Positions 1 to 11,958 of a DNA stretch of 64,000 nt are shown here, piece after piece. Made by a program: the position numbers and the translations under genes. A model generated the notes under the pieces. That model was not told the origin of the DNA, searched no databases, and saw nothing but the letters and a program-made list of their open reading frames with translations. This DNA comes from Ptychomitrium polyphyllum. Its lineage: Eukaryota. The first letter of the stretch is position 1. The number at the start of each line of letters is the position of its first letter. The stretch covers positions 18,972,001 through 19,036,000 of the forward strand of contig OZ316775.1 in assembly GCA_973851085.1 (NCBI GenBank), written 5' to 3'.

Positions 1-104
1 ACAGTAGGCCGGAGGAATATGAGTGAGCGCCTAGGGTTTGCTGCTCGGAGATGTCAGAGCCACACCTACTTGCTTGTAGCAATCTCTGAGTTTCAAGATA
101 CTCG

Positions 105-625
105 GGAGATTTACGCACACTCATCAGTCTCAAAGTGAGCGACAACAACTCCCAAGGCGCACCCTTCTCCTGTTGAAAAGCTCTACAAACTCTGAAGCAA
201 ATTGCCGTGGGTGTGAATTGGTTACCTGAGAGGTGTTTTGCGTAGACATCTCAAAGCTGCCCATATCCTTATCTGTAAGGGCAGCTATCATCTAGTGAAT
301 GATGAATTCATCGTCATGTTGGTGATTGTGAGACTGCGACGTTGGTTCACAGAACTGGATTTGAGAAGAGCTTTCGAAGCAGCCATGTGATCAAAATGGA
401 GATGTGTGGATAGAGAAAGCGGATGCATATAGTTATGCAATGACCTGTTATGAGGTTTTGACAGGCCATACACCCTTCTTTGGTTATGGCAAGAGTGATT
501 GGGGGGTAGTTATTGATGGTGAAAGGCCTCACTTGCCTGATTATATAGATTGTGGAGAACAAGAATCAGTGGAGTGATGTTTGCATGCTGATCCTTCCAA
601 GAGGCCTGGTTTTTAAAGATAGAGA
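105..625 (+). pseudogene. Degraded protein kinase fragment (Raf-like/TKL type, subdomains V-XI)
   Basis: Manual translation gives GDLRTLISLK...GAPFSC*KALQTLKQIAVGVNWL, then a frameshift to VLRRHLKAAHILI (decayed HRDLKxxNIL), and EKADAYSYAMTCYEVLTGHTPF...GERPHLPD...VE*CLHADPSKRPGF (subdomains IX-XI). It has in-frame stops and frameshifts. Confidence 0.8.
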
Positions 626-1808
626 GGCCTGACGAAGCCACTTGATATGCTAGCAAGTTGGGAAAAACATTGGACAATCACAGTTTGCTTTCCAGTAGTA
701 CTGAAAGAGTTCTGTAAGAGGTGACAAATTACTACACTTTGACATCCGTTTCTGATCACTTGAAGCCATGTGAAAGATTACTATCACCAAATATTCCACA
801 AAAGTTTTGCATTACTGTTTCTGGACAAGGTGCTCGTCAGGACTCTGATTTGGTGGTTTACAATGGCGGCGAGTAATCAGAGCAACAACAATGTATGTGA
901 GCAATCGCCTGGTTTCCCAACCATGATGCTTCTTTTTCTTCACAAGGCTACATGGTCAAACACCTGATGTTGCTTGACAGGATTGCAAACTGGAGTAGAC
1001 TTGAATGAGAGACGTGGAAATCACCCGCGTCTAGCATTTCCTTTCTCTCGTCAGTAGTATGCAAGTGGAATTGATGACAGTGTAGTGCTCTTGAATGTGC
1101 TACTCGGACCAGAAGTTGCAGTTGCTAACGATCCGTTGAGTTTCTGTTGATGTCGTTCAGAATTTAGTATCGACTTTCCAAATTATAAAATGTGCAAAGA
1201 GGGTGTCTGAGGAAAGATTTAGGGGTTATCTTTGTTCTGTTCTGCCTCGGTGCTTTGCAATAGGCTCCTGTGGGAAGTGAAGATCTTCTGGCATTTGAGG
1301 ATTGCGACAACAAGGCCGAGGTCATAGTTGCTTACTGTCCTCTCAACGTGATTTGAACACGAAGATGTCTGTCGCTGCTGAATGGTCAACCCTGTTCCAG
1401 GCAGCTGCTGCATCCCCTCCACATCTTCGTCGAACCCATCGAAGACCGCACTGTCTGTCCATGCAGTGGTCTCTAATAAGATGGCGATGAAAACATACGA
1501 CAGTGATATATATCATAACTGAAAAATGGCAGGCAGCGTAGTGTGTCCGTAAGGTTATGCTCACTTACAACATATTCTGTTGGTGCCATATTCATAACAG
1601 ATTATATTTCACTGGACATCATTGTTTATCTGCTTCACTCATCATCCTTCCTGCGACCGACACAACGCATATCTACATTGAAAATGTCATGTTCGCCATT
1701 GACGTCGAGTACTTATCTGAATCTTGAGCTGATGAGTGGCTGATCTGTGCTTGGCTGCATGTGGCTGGAATTAAAGCCTCAGCACCCCTCAATTTCTACC
1801 AACTACTC

Positions 1809-2265
1809 TCATCGACCCTCATGCACCAGCAAGCTCCCCGCGAACTTCATTGTCATAGCGCACTCGTACCTTCTCCGATGACCTTCAACCACAAACACAT
1901 ACCGACATATCAGAGTCGCAGCGGTGAGCTTCATCTGCATCATGGCCATGTCCATGTCTAGACATACTCTCGAACCGGTTTGGAAGACAGGACAAGCGAA
2001 CGGACTCGGAGGAACAAACACCCGTCTTTGCGAAACCTTTCAAAACGATACTCAAGGCAACCAGCGCCCCAGTTGCTCTCGCGTTCCTCCCCATTGCGTA
2101 CATATGAAGCAAGATGACCGTCCCCTTGGCTACGACCGTCCCGTCAGAACACAATCGTTGGCTGCTGCTTCTTTCACAGTTTGTGGAACAGGCGGGTACA
2201 ACTGCGTGCACCCTGTCGAAACTGCAGGAGGTAGTGCATGTCCTTGAGTTCCTCGAAATAAACGA
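1809..2265 (-). pseudogene. Cytochrome P450 C-terminal fragment (CYP86-clan-like, e.g. CYP86/94/704)
   Basis: Pieces lie in different minus frames: YFEELKDMHYL, LYPPVPQTVKEAAAND, DGTVVAKGTVILLHMYAMGRN and FVPPSPFACPVFQTGSRVCLDMDMAMMQMK (heme motif FxxGxRxCxG with the last G changed to D). Several frameshifts; no N-terminal half seen. Confidence 0.85.
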
Positions 2266-2965
2266 TCGAGAGCAAGCACACAACCGTCGAGGTCGCAATC
2301 AGCCATGGCCATGTCCTCAGCGGAAGAAAATCTTTCGCCACACTCGTCATAACCACACACTGTGCTATCTACTGCATGAACATTATAGCGATAAGAGAAT
2401 CAGAACAGGAAAAGGTTCAACACAATTACGGAGACGAAGTTGCAGCGATCGTATTCTCACAATCAAACCGCATATAAAGCGCCGGAATGCTGAGCTCTAA
2501 TAAAAAACCCCTGAAGGGGGGAATACACCTCGCACGTCTCAGCATTTACTTCACTGAACTCTGAGATGGTTATGTGAAGTTTTCGGGCCTGAGTGTTGCA
2601 TTCTTCGGCGAGATGACACTGACGTATAGAACGACCGTGACGGAACACTGACGACGCTATGACGAGAAGTGACGCGTTGAGAAGACCGTTCAGAGCGCTA
2701 TTGCCGGTGGTGTCAGAATGGATGGCGCAGTTGGGGACGGCAAGTTTCGTTCGTTTCGAGGACATCGTCGTTTGTTTTCTGTTCTCGTTGCGAGGGTTTG
2801 GAGGGACGAGGAAGAGTGGCGGGAACAGGGGTTGGGTTTCTCAAATCGTCGTCTCAAATGCTGGAGTGGAGCTTGTTGGGCATCCGCTCTGGTCGTAGCG
2901 TTTGCTTTGGGTGATCTTTGCAGGTGGGGTTTGGTTTTCATGTGGTCAAGGGTTTGATTGGCGAG

Positions 2966-5900
2966 ATGAGCAGGGAGAAGAAGGTTGTGAGGGCGGAGGC
3001 GGAGCCTGTTTCCGATGACAGGAGCAAGCGCCGCAAGGTGGACAGTCACGCAGGTGAGCAAGCAATCGGATTGCGCTGACGTTTAGCGTTTGATTGATGC
3101 TGCGCTCGTCGATAGCATTTTCCTGCTGTCTCTTCTGTGTCCGGATTTCGTGGTTTTTAGTAGAGTGGATTTAACTGCATCGTCGTTAGGAGTTTTGTTT
3201 CTGGATATGGGGATGTTTGTAGGTTGGGTTTCCGATTGGTGTTGTGGCATCTGTTGTGTACCGCTTTGCAGTGTAGGTTTATGGGGTACCTAATGTACTG
3301 ATGTTAATTTGAGGCTCGAGCATTGGAAGAACCATTTTCTGGGCGTTTTTGTGGCTATCTATTGTTTAAACCCTAGTACTGCTTCCGTGCATGCAGTTCT
3401 GGTTCTTCCAATGCTATTTTTCGCAGCATTGTTAGTCGAGTAACAATTGCATGCACTACTTTGGTTGCCAGAAGTTGGCCTCTGAGACGTCGTTGTGAGA
3501 GTCCTAGTTGAGTGCACTCTGCGTTCATGATCGGTAAAAGAGGGCACAGTAGATATTTTTTGTACTCAGTTTGGTCTTCCTCTGGATCTTTGATGGGGTT
3601 TGTGCACGGGCCACGATCACTATTCGACGTTTGAATGTGCTATCAAAAGGGGGCTTTTGCCCATATCCTTGTATTTGTGATCATGAGGTGCACAAGGCAT
3701 TCCCCTACCTCAATGCTTCTTTCTGTCCAGCGACTTAGGAATGCAGTTTTTCGTATTGTGAGGTCTTGTACAGAGAGTGCCTTGGTGGCGATCCCGTTGC
3801 GCATTTACTCGCTTAGGACTTGATAGAATTGAAATCTTTGCGGCAGATTCCCTCTCAGAAAGACGTGACCTTTTTCATTTCCGGCGATTTGGCATTGTTA
3901 ACATTCTATACGTTTGAGTGATTTTTTTCCTCGTCGGCAACAGGAGGCTTTTTGAATAAGTGTTTTACTGGTCGGCACTTCTTTAAAGTACTTTTAAACG
4001 ACACTATGGATTCTTACATGCCAAAATACAATTGGTTTAGGGTTGTGACATTTCGAATGGTCTTGTCAGTCAAGAAAGTCCATGTAGAGGATTTTGCTTG
4101 TCAGGCTACTTGATTCTGCTTATAGCTGTGGTGGTTGGTGTGTACTGCAGTGACGGGGAAGTTCTGCAATGCTGACGAATCGATCACATTACATCTTGGT
4201 GAGTAATCATTCTTTCATATTTCAAGTTGTTGCTGGTTTACGATGTAGGAATACTTAATGTACTAGCATATCGCACTCTAGAACGTGGTTGCATGACGAG
4301 TTAAATTAGTATGAGAATGTGAATTATGTAGCTTCTCTTTTGTGTAAAGGATATGATTTTGTTGTTTTCTAGTGAGCTTTTCGGTTTAACTTGCATTTAT
4401 TAAAATTTTGGATGCTGGTATATTTGAACTCTTCAGTAGGTTTGGATCACTATAGGCAGAAGTTGATGGTTTGGTTTGTGCTCGATGAAATGCAGTTAGA
4501 ACTGCCAATGATGTACATGGCGACGAGGACGAGCTTTCGTTTCCTCCAGAATTTACGGAACGTTTTTTCGGGGAAGAAGGAAAAATTTATGGATACAAAG
4601 GGCTGAAGGTCTTCATACCCGCTCTGGCTCTCACAATGAAACTAGTATTTCTTCAACATATGTTGGTGTTCTGTTTCCTTTAGTGCAGGAGCTAACAACT
4701 CGTTATTGCTAGCAGATTGACGTGTGGCTGCACGCTGTTTCCTTCTATGCTCATGCTAATATTCACTACGATTTGAAATTCCGGGTATGCCTTACCCATG
4801 CTTTGTTTGGAGTTTTTGTTTCTATTAGTTGATTAGAAATGTGCTCGAACAATGTTGATTTGAATGTGGCATTAAGTCTGCAGTATCGTCATGATTTTGA
4901 CGTCTATGCATGTATTCCGGCGTAGAGATGTCTTGTTTTCTGGTTCTTACTAATTGGTGTCTGCAATTGATTTTAGAATGGTGCTTGTATGGCTTTCTTC
5001 AGGATGGAGGGCCTGGTAACCCAACTGCTAACTTGCCTGCAAAAATGAAGGTGACTTTCTATACATTATATCGATAGCCGTATATAATATCAATGTCTTG
5101 ACATCGATTAGAATTTTGCTGGTTCCCTGAAGTTCTCCCTAGAGAACAAGTATAGCTTCCTTTAGAGTTCTTGGTTAAATAATTATTAGAAAAGTATTAA
5201 CATTGCTACTCTCTGTTTACGCGGTTATGATTCAGGAGATTTTCGGAGAGGCACTGATTGAGAAACGGGAGGCTTTTCTTGAAATGATACCACAGGCAAC
5301 TGATTCTTTCTTGTAAGTTAATAGGATTTCTTTACTTTTTCCTTTAAAGGTACCTTATAGAGGATATCCTTTTGGTAGAAGATTGTGTGGGCGAAATTTA
5401 GAGTGGTCATTTGTTAAGTATTTCCCAACAGTATGGACGGGTGGGAATGACAGACAAGTGCTCCGGGAGGAGGGGGAGGTTGTTGCTTCCTGGAGAGCAC
5501 ATGGTGAAGGGAACTCTACTGCACGGGAAGGGAGTGTATCAAACACGGAAAGTGGCAAACTACGACAGGTATGTCTAGATGTGCTACCATCGGAGTTTTT
5601 AACTTCTCCTTAATTTTTTCTCAAGCACGCACTAAGATATAGAGACTATACATTGGTAGATTCTGATAGTACTTAGGTAAGTATTGTTTCTGCTTTGTTT
5701 GCTATACACAACGATGAGGAAGAAACAATCTGGTAGTTTTCATGTTCTGACCATATTTTGGTTCAATCTTCCAGATTATACGCTTAGAGCTCAAAGATGC
5801 TCGAGTGAGAAAGTTTTACACTTGTCTGACGCCTCTGATCTACCTGTTTATTGATGGTGAGTTCCGTATTTTGGTATGGAAATATAATGCTAGCATCTGA

Positions 5901-7180
5901 TGTGTTATTCTTACCACCAGATTGGACTTTGAATTTGCCTACTCTTAATATACTTGAGCTGGTCTTGTATGAAGGACCTTCTTTCCTGTTGTACAGTTTT
6001 GAGTGAGCAGCGTCTTGCAGAATTTCAGAATCTGACATGCCATCTGGATTGAATTATGACATAGGTGGGCTGCCTATTGAGAATGATGATCCTCGATGGG
6101 AAATTTATGTGTCACTGGAAGGAGAAGGTCCAGAAATAGTAGTTACTGGGTTCTGTACTGTCTATCGCTTTTACAGCTACCCTGAGAGCACAAGGTTGAG
6201 GGTTAGCCAGGTATGTTGTCATGTTCTGTAACCTTTATTATATCAGTACGACCTTAAGGAATGATTTTTTCAAAGTAGATTATTCCAATGATTGATCAGA
6301 AGGTTTGAACATGTATCTCGAATGCATTATTTTATTGAATCTTTAATTGTGGCTCTCTCCACCTGTGTGTGAGCAGATTCTTGTTCTCCCTTCTTATCAA
6401 GGACGAGGATATGGATATCGGATGTTGGAGACAATATACAGAATAGCAATCAAACGTAACTGCTATGACATAACCTTCGAGGATCCTTCAGATAGCTTGC
6501 AAGAGCTGCGTGACTGCATGGATGTGCAACGTCTTCTCCAATTCCCTCCAGCTGTCGCAGCCCTCACCTTGTGTGGAGCTAGGTTTCGCAATATGGTCAA
6601 CAGTGAGGTGAATAGTGCAACTACTTCAGGACAGGACGTTACCAAGTGCAACAATAGGACACTTTACTCGTCGAATTCAAACGCTGTTGTCGATACGGAC
6701 TATAAGACCATACTGGTGCCTCCTCCAAAGTTAATAGAGGAAGCTAGGAAGGCTTTGAAAATCAACAAGGTGCAAATGAAAAGATGCTGGGAGTCCCTGC
6801 TGTTCCTGCAGTTGGAATCGTCGGAGATGGCTGTACAGGAGGCTTTCAGGGAGCTCCTTGTGAAGCGGCTCCATGCCGAGATTTTTTCGAAGTCAGATGA
6901 AGCCGTCGGTCATGGCAAGCAGATAACCGACACGGAAAATGATTACAACATTGATAAGACTTTCATCATGATGCGTCAACTACAACCTATGGCCAATAAC
7001 TCTGATCCTAAGATGATCGGAGATGTCTTGGATGCTAGTGATGAAGAAAAGAAGCTGCAGGCCCTTCAGGAGCTTCTCGAAGAACGAGAGGTGGAGCTGC
7101 AAGCTGTGGCGGACAAGGTTTCTTCAAGGTGTAAAAAACTTGGCATCCCTGTGAAGGTCACGGAAGTGCAACAAACATGA
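2966..7180 (+). CDS. HAT1: Histone acetyltransferase type B catalytic subunit (HAT1/HAG2-like), about 10 exons
   Basis: Exons about 2966-3053 (MSREKK...KRRKV, NLS-like), 4151-4198, 4496-4608 (FPPEFTERFFGEEGKIYGYKGLK, Hat1 N-domain), five short exons between 4716 and 5857, 6065-6210 (GFCTVYRFYSYPESTRLRVSQ) and 6377-7180 (ILVLPSYQGRGYG, GNAT acetyl-CoA motif A). GT-AG borders keep the frame. Confidence 0.93.
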
Positions 7181-9319
7181 GGATGCATTTAGTGTTGTAA
7201 AGGTAACTTTATATCACGCGTAGATAATTTTCTTATTGACGATGACTGATCTGTTATTTTCCGACCCCCTAGCGTCACTCATTTGCAATATCTCCTTAAT
7301 CTGCGCATGAAGTCGTGTATGTAGATGATTTGGTTTTAAGCCCTCAGATCCGTAGAGCTTAATTTAAGAACACAGATTTTGATTTCCGATCGACGTTGGC
7401 AAGCAACTCTCCAGCCTAAAGCTTGAAATGGGTACTCGAAATTATTTTGAAAGGGAACTCTCTATTGTCCCACCCAACTGACAGGTATATATCAATGTAA
7501 GCATTGATCTTACAATTTTGAAGGATGGCTACGGAGTCTGAGCAATTATTAACATCAATGTGCAGCAATTGCGAACGTTTGTAAGTAAAAGAATACTCTT
7601 GAGATCTGCAGTTCGCCAAAGTGAAACGTAGTTTAAGCGGTACTGATATGGTATTCCATCACAGTACTGGGTCACAATTTGGTTACATGAATCTGCAACA
7701 AAATGAAGTTTCGTCGAACAATCAGAAGTTCACACTCGTTTATAAAGGGGGTTTGAGCAGAGATAAAAAAAACATAAGTAAGCATCACTTGGATATTCTC
7801 AATAATTTGGTGACCGTATGAGTTGGGAGAAGTTAGTACATGCTGATCTGAACAGCAAGGATTTGTGCATACGAATGAGTCAGTACCGTATGCTAAACTC
7901 CAAATGTCTAAAATATTTGCACCAAGATTCCGTGGATGAGGTACATGCATTCGATTCCCGGTGGTTTCCATGAATCCCTTTCAGATCAACATCTACATGC
8001 CAGCCATTGGTTCGGTGTGTTGCTTGGTGACACTAAATTCTCAATATAACCACATATTCAAGATAACCTTCGTTCCCGCAGGTTTCTCTGGAGGCTAAAC
8101 CGGTAGAACTTTTCATTCAGTGTTGGCATCTCCATGGTTGTAGAACGACGGTGCGGAGATACTGTATTACCATCCTTTTGCCATACAGGGAAGTGTTGGC
8201 ATCGTAACTTACAACGCTCGGTTCACCTGTAGCACTTCAGTTAGAAAAATGGTAGAAGAGTGAATTCCGGCATATTACAAGGTTGTACTAGGTTTTCCCT
8301 TTTCTTAGGGTGTCAGAGCGCGGGACAAGTCCTGCGATATTTTCATTACTGTCGGTAACAGTGGCTTGCTCGCCGAGTTTCTTGTCCTGCGATAGAACTC
8401 GCTTGTAACTCTTCTCGAAACCAGAGTTATGCCTGTGGTACACGAGTGAGGAGAGCGAGAGCGAAGAGGCCGGGGGGAAGGCTTCAGAGAGAGCACGCAA
8501 CCTGGCAGAAGACTGGGTAGGGACCAACTGAAACCTTTGCTCGAGAAACCTTGGCATCTTGTGACAGGAAAAGGGATCTCTGATTGAATTCCTACAAGTG
8601 AGGTGATGGAGATAAACAGGTGTTAACTTTCATATGTTTTGAACCACATTGTGGTTGATGTGGTTGTCCGGTTGAGCTAATGCCAGAAACAGAGTCTCAT
8701 CACAGTTGTTCTGCAAGTGGAGTTCATTTTAGTATTATAGCACAATTCTCTTCATTCCTCGTCTTGAAGCTCCTCGCTCTGCTGCAACCCATCTGAGGTT
8801 GTGTCTGTCGACGCTTTCATTGTTGTTGCCCTTCCTGTTGGCCCGGTTGTCGAACTTCTGTGCAGGGCACTTCAAAATCACATCAAGCTGGGTTCTGTTT
8901 TTGAAGAAGACATATCTCTTAAATGATCATGTACTTCTCTTCTGTTAACACATGATTTGACGGCTCTATCTTGTTTGCCCTGGCGCAGTGCAGCTCTACT
9001 GGATGTAGAGAAAAGCCATCAGGTACATTTGCTTCATTGGCAATTCTTCTGCGGCGAATCCCTTATCCTGTCTTGTGAGTTGAAATCAAACGTGAAATAG
9101 AAGGGGAAGAAACAGGGTTAAATTGTAGATTCATTTTTGGTACTTTCGGATTTGAGTTGGTTGTGGAGCGTCAACGTTCTCCTTTATTTCCAGCTTGATT
9201 TCTTGCATGTGGCAGCATTTCGATGGTCACAGAGTGCTACGCTTAGAAGTTGTCTCCACAAAATCAACTAATGGTGTATCTCTGCACTCAGCGCGCACGA
9301 TCAAGAATTTGCAGCTACA

Positions 9320-10956
9320 ATGGTTTCTGAAGCGTTTATGAAGGCGGAGGATAGCAATAAGAGGCGATATAACCGGCTGAAGAAGTTTACCGCCGCGCTG
9401 CTGTTCCTCATCCTCAACGGGCTGGCGTTCTGTGGAATCCAGAGTATTTTCAAAACTCAGAGTTACAATGAGGTTATGCTTGCAGGATTGCTTCAGGAGG
9501 GTAGCAAGTCGCAAACCGACATAGTTGAGGAGCAGAATATCATCATCCGTGAGCTTCGAAGCGAGCTCCGTAAAGTGAGAGAGCAGCTCGGTGGAGCGAG
9601 ACAGCAGCTCGTGGAAGCGAGAGAGCAGCTTGTTGAAGCGCAGGATAAGCACAAGACGATCTTCGCTGAAATGCAAGCCAACCGTACAGCAACTGTCGCA
9701 CAATCTGACGAGGACCGAGACTCCGCTTTGAAAGAGTCTATCGAACAGGATCCGTACCATCGCTGGATGATCGACAGGCGCAGCTCTCTTCCAGCCGAAC
9801 TTCGTGAGTATGTAGCGCCACGAAAATTACCTTTTGGCTTCAACGCTGCTCTTCGGTCTGATCATATGACTGCCACTGTAGGCCAGGCATGCGTTGCCAA
9901 CATTGAGGATATCACGAAGTTCATGAGCTATGAGGTCGGCAAGGTGTGCCCCGAGGACGAAAGTCTGGCACAGAAACTTTTATTGGCAGGTTGCGAGCCT
10001 CTTCCTCGCCGCCGGTAAAGTTGAAAATCTCCGGATGGACCCATTCGCATGCCTTGCTTCCTTTCCAGATCGCTTTTTTCCTGTAAGAACTTGTATAGAA
10101 ATTGTGTTATTGTGTGTGCGAGTTCCTCCTCTCCGTGTGTGCTCAAGCATTAGGGTATGTGTTTGATGTTTGTAGTAGCGGCGTAATTGATGCAAAAGCG
10201 TGGGATGTGTGCAGATGCTTGGCAAGAGGCCCTCAGAATCCCACGGAGCCACTGCCAATACCCGAATCTCTGTGGACTGTACCAGATGATGGCAACATAA
10301 ACTGGAAAGCCTACGACTGCAAGAGCTTCGGGTGCCTCAACACGCGAGCAGCCAGGAAAGTATTTGCGGATTGCCTTGACTGCTTTGACCTGAGTGGTAA
10401 GGAAAGGCAACGGTGGGTAGCAAGGTCTTCAAGCGTTGTCGATTACACGATAGAAGAAGTAGTCGCCATGAAAAATGGCAGTCTCCGCATTGGCCTCGAC
10501 ATTGGGGGAGGAACGGCCTCTTTTGCCGTCCGCATGAGAGAGCACAATGTGACCATCATTACGTCCACATTGAATCTGAATGGACCTTTCAACAGCTTCA
10601 TCGCGCAACGAGGAGTAATCCCGTTCTTCATGTCAATCGGCCAGCGCTTCCCGTTCTGGGACAACACGTTGGATATCGTGCATTCGATGCACGTTCTCTC
10701 AAACTGGATCCCTCTTGATGTGATGAAGTTCATCTTTTATGACATTGACCGCATCTTGCGACCCGGTGGGCTTTTGTGGCTGGACCGCTTCTTCTGTATT
10801 CAATCCGAGCTTGACACTAAGTATGCTCCATTGATCCGGATGCTCGGCTACAAGGAGCTGCGATGGGATGTTACCAAGAAGCTGGATCGTGGTCCTGAGA
10901 GGCAAGAAGTCTACCTCTCTGCTCTCCTTGAGAAGCCGTTTACTGTTAGGAATTAG
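9320..10956 (+). CDS. Type II membrane SAM-dependent methyltransferase (plant Methyltransf_29-like family), 2 exons
   Basis: Exon 1 is 9320-10014 (TM segment FTAALLFLILNGLAFCGI, coiled coil, LLLAGCEPLPRRR); GT-AG intron 10015-10214; exon 2 is 10215-10956 with IGLDIGGGTASFA (SAM motif I), RFPFWDNTLDIVHSMHVLSNWI and DIDRILRPGGLLWLDRFFC. Confidence 0.92.
9578..9640 (+). repeat. Three 21-nt in-frame tandem repeats encoding heptads REQLGGA/RQQLVEA/REQLVEA
   Basis: agagagcagctcggtggagcg / agacagcagctcgtggaagcg / agagagcagcttgttgaagcg. Confidence 0.9.
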
Positions 10957-11958
10957 CTGACATTGGTTTGATTTGTCTCGCACAGATTGCGTTCTATGCT
11001 TCTATCTCCCTATTGCTCTGATTATGTGCTCATGGATACAGAATTTTATGAAACGTTTGAGTTTAGGAGGGTTTATTAAGCGGAATTTTGACTTGGTTAA
11101 AGCAGCTATAGATTTTTGAAGCTCGATCATTCACCGAGCCAATTGCTAATGTAGGGTTTCTCATATCAGTTTGCAAGATTATAACAGCTTCAGGATCACG
11201 CTCTGTACATTCACATTACATTATTCTCCGTGAGGCAATGTTTTGTGCACCTAGCTTCGTCCAGAGTGTCGTCTGAGCAACTCCATAAAACACTGAAATA
11301 GAACTGTTTAATTTCCTGGTTTAAGATGCTCGAAATGCTGGTAGTTGAGCACGACTCCAGTGCTATAGTTGCTAAACCTTGCCCAGTAATTTATTCAGTA
11401 TCTTATACAAGAATGGATTAGGTGATAGATTATGGCCACATAAGACATTCATATCTTACTAACGAATAAAAGGTCAGACGTGTATCCTGTAAAATATTTT
11501 AATAGATTTGGATATCTTAATACATTATTGATCTAATTGTTAATAATTTTGCGGCATTTTGTCAATTGTTATGGTCTAAGTAAACTCGTGAGCTATTCTT
11601 GCTCCTAAGTTCCTTGTAAGTAGAACACTAACAATCTCCTCGTACAAGTTTGAAATTGATTTTTTGGTTACGAAGTGCAAATGCTTTTGATAGACTTTGG
11701 GTCATTGTATATTACGGGTCATGACTGTAGCATCATGGCACTTCGTGTTGATGCATGAGTATTAGAATCGTCTTAAATACCAAATGACCTTTAAAATTAT
11801 CGAATCTCAGTAACTGCCTCATTCAATACTGTACATCTCCGGCGGAAAGGACCACAATTGACGTGGACACGGTAACGATGACAATATCCTGAATTATCCC
11901 AATCACCTATTCAGTAACTGAAACGTAGACTTCCTTCTTGATAACTCGCTTTTGAAAA

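Noticed and set aside
9227..10983. Long antisense ORFs over the methyltransferase (also seen over the aldehyde oxidase and ERD4 exons)
   Set aside because: They are shadows of sense-strand codon bias and carry no recognisable motifs.
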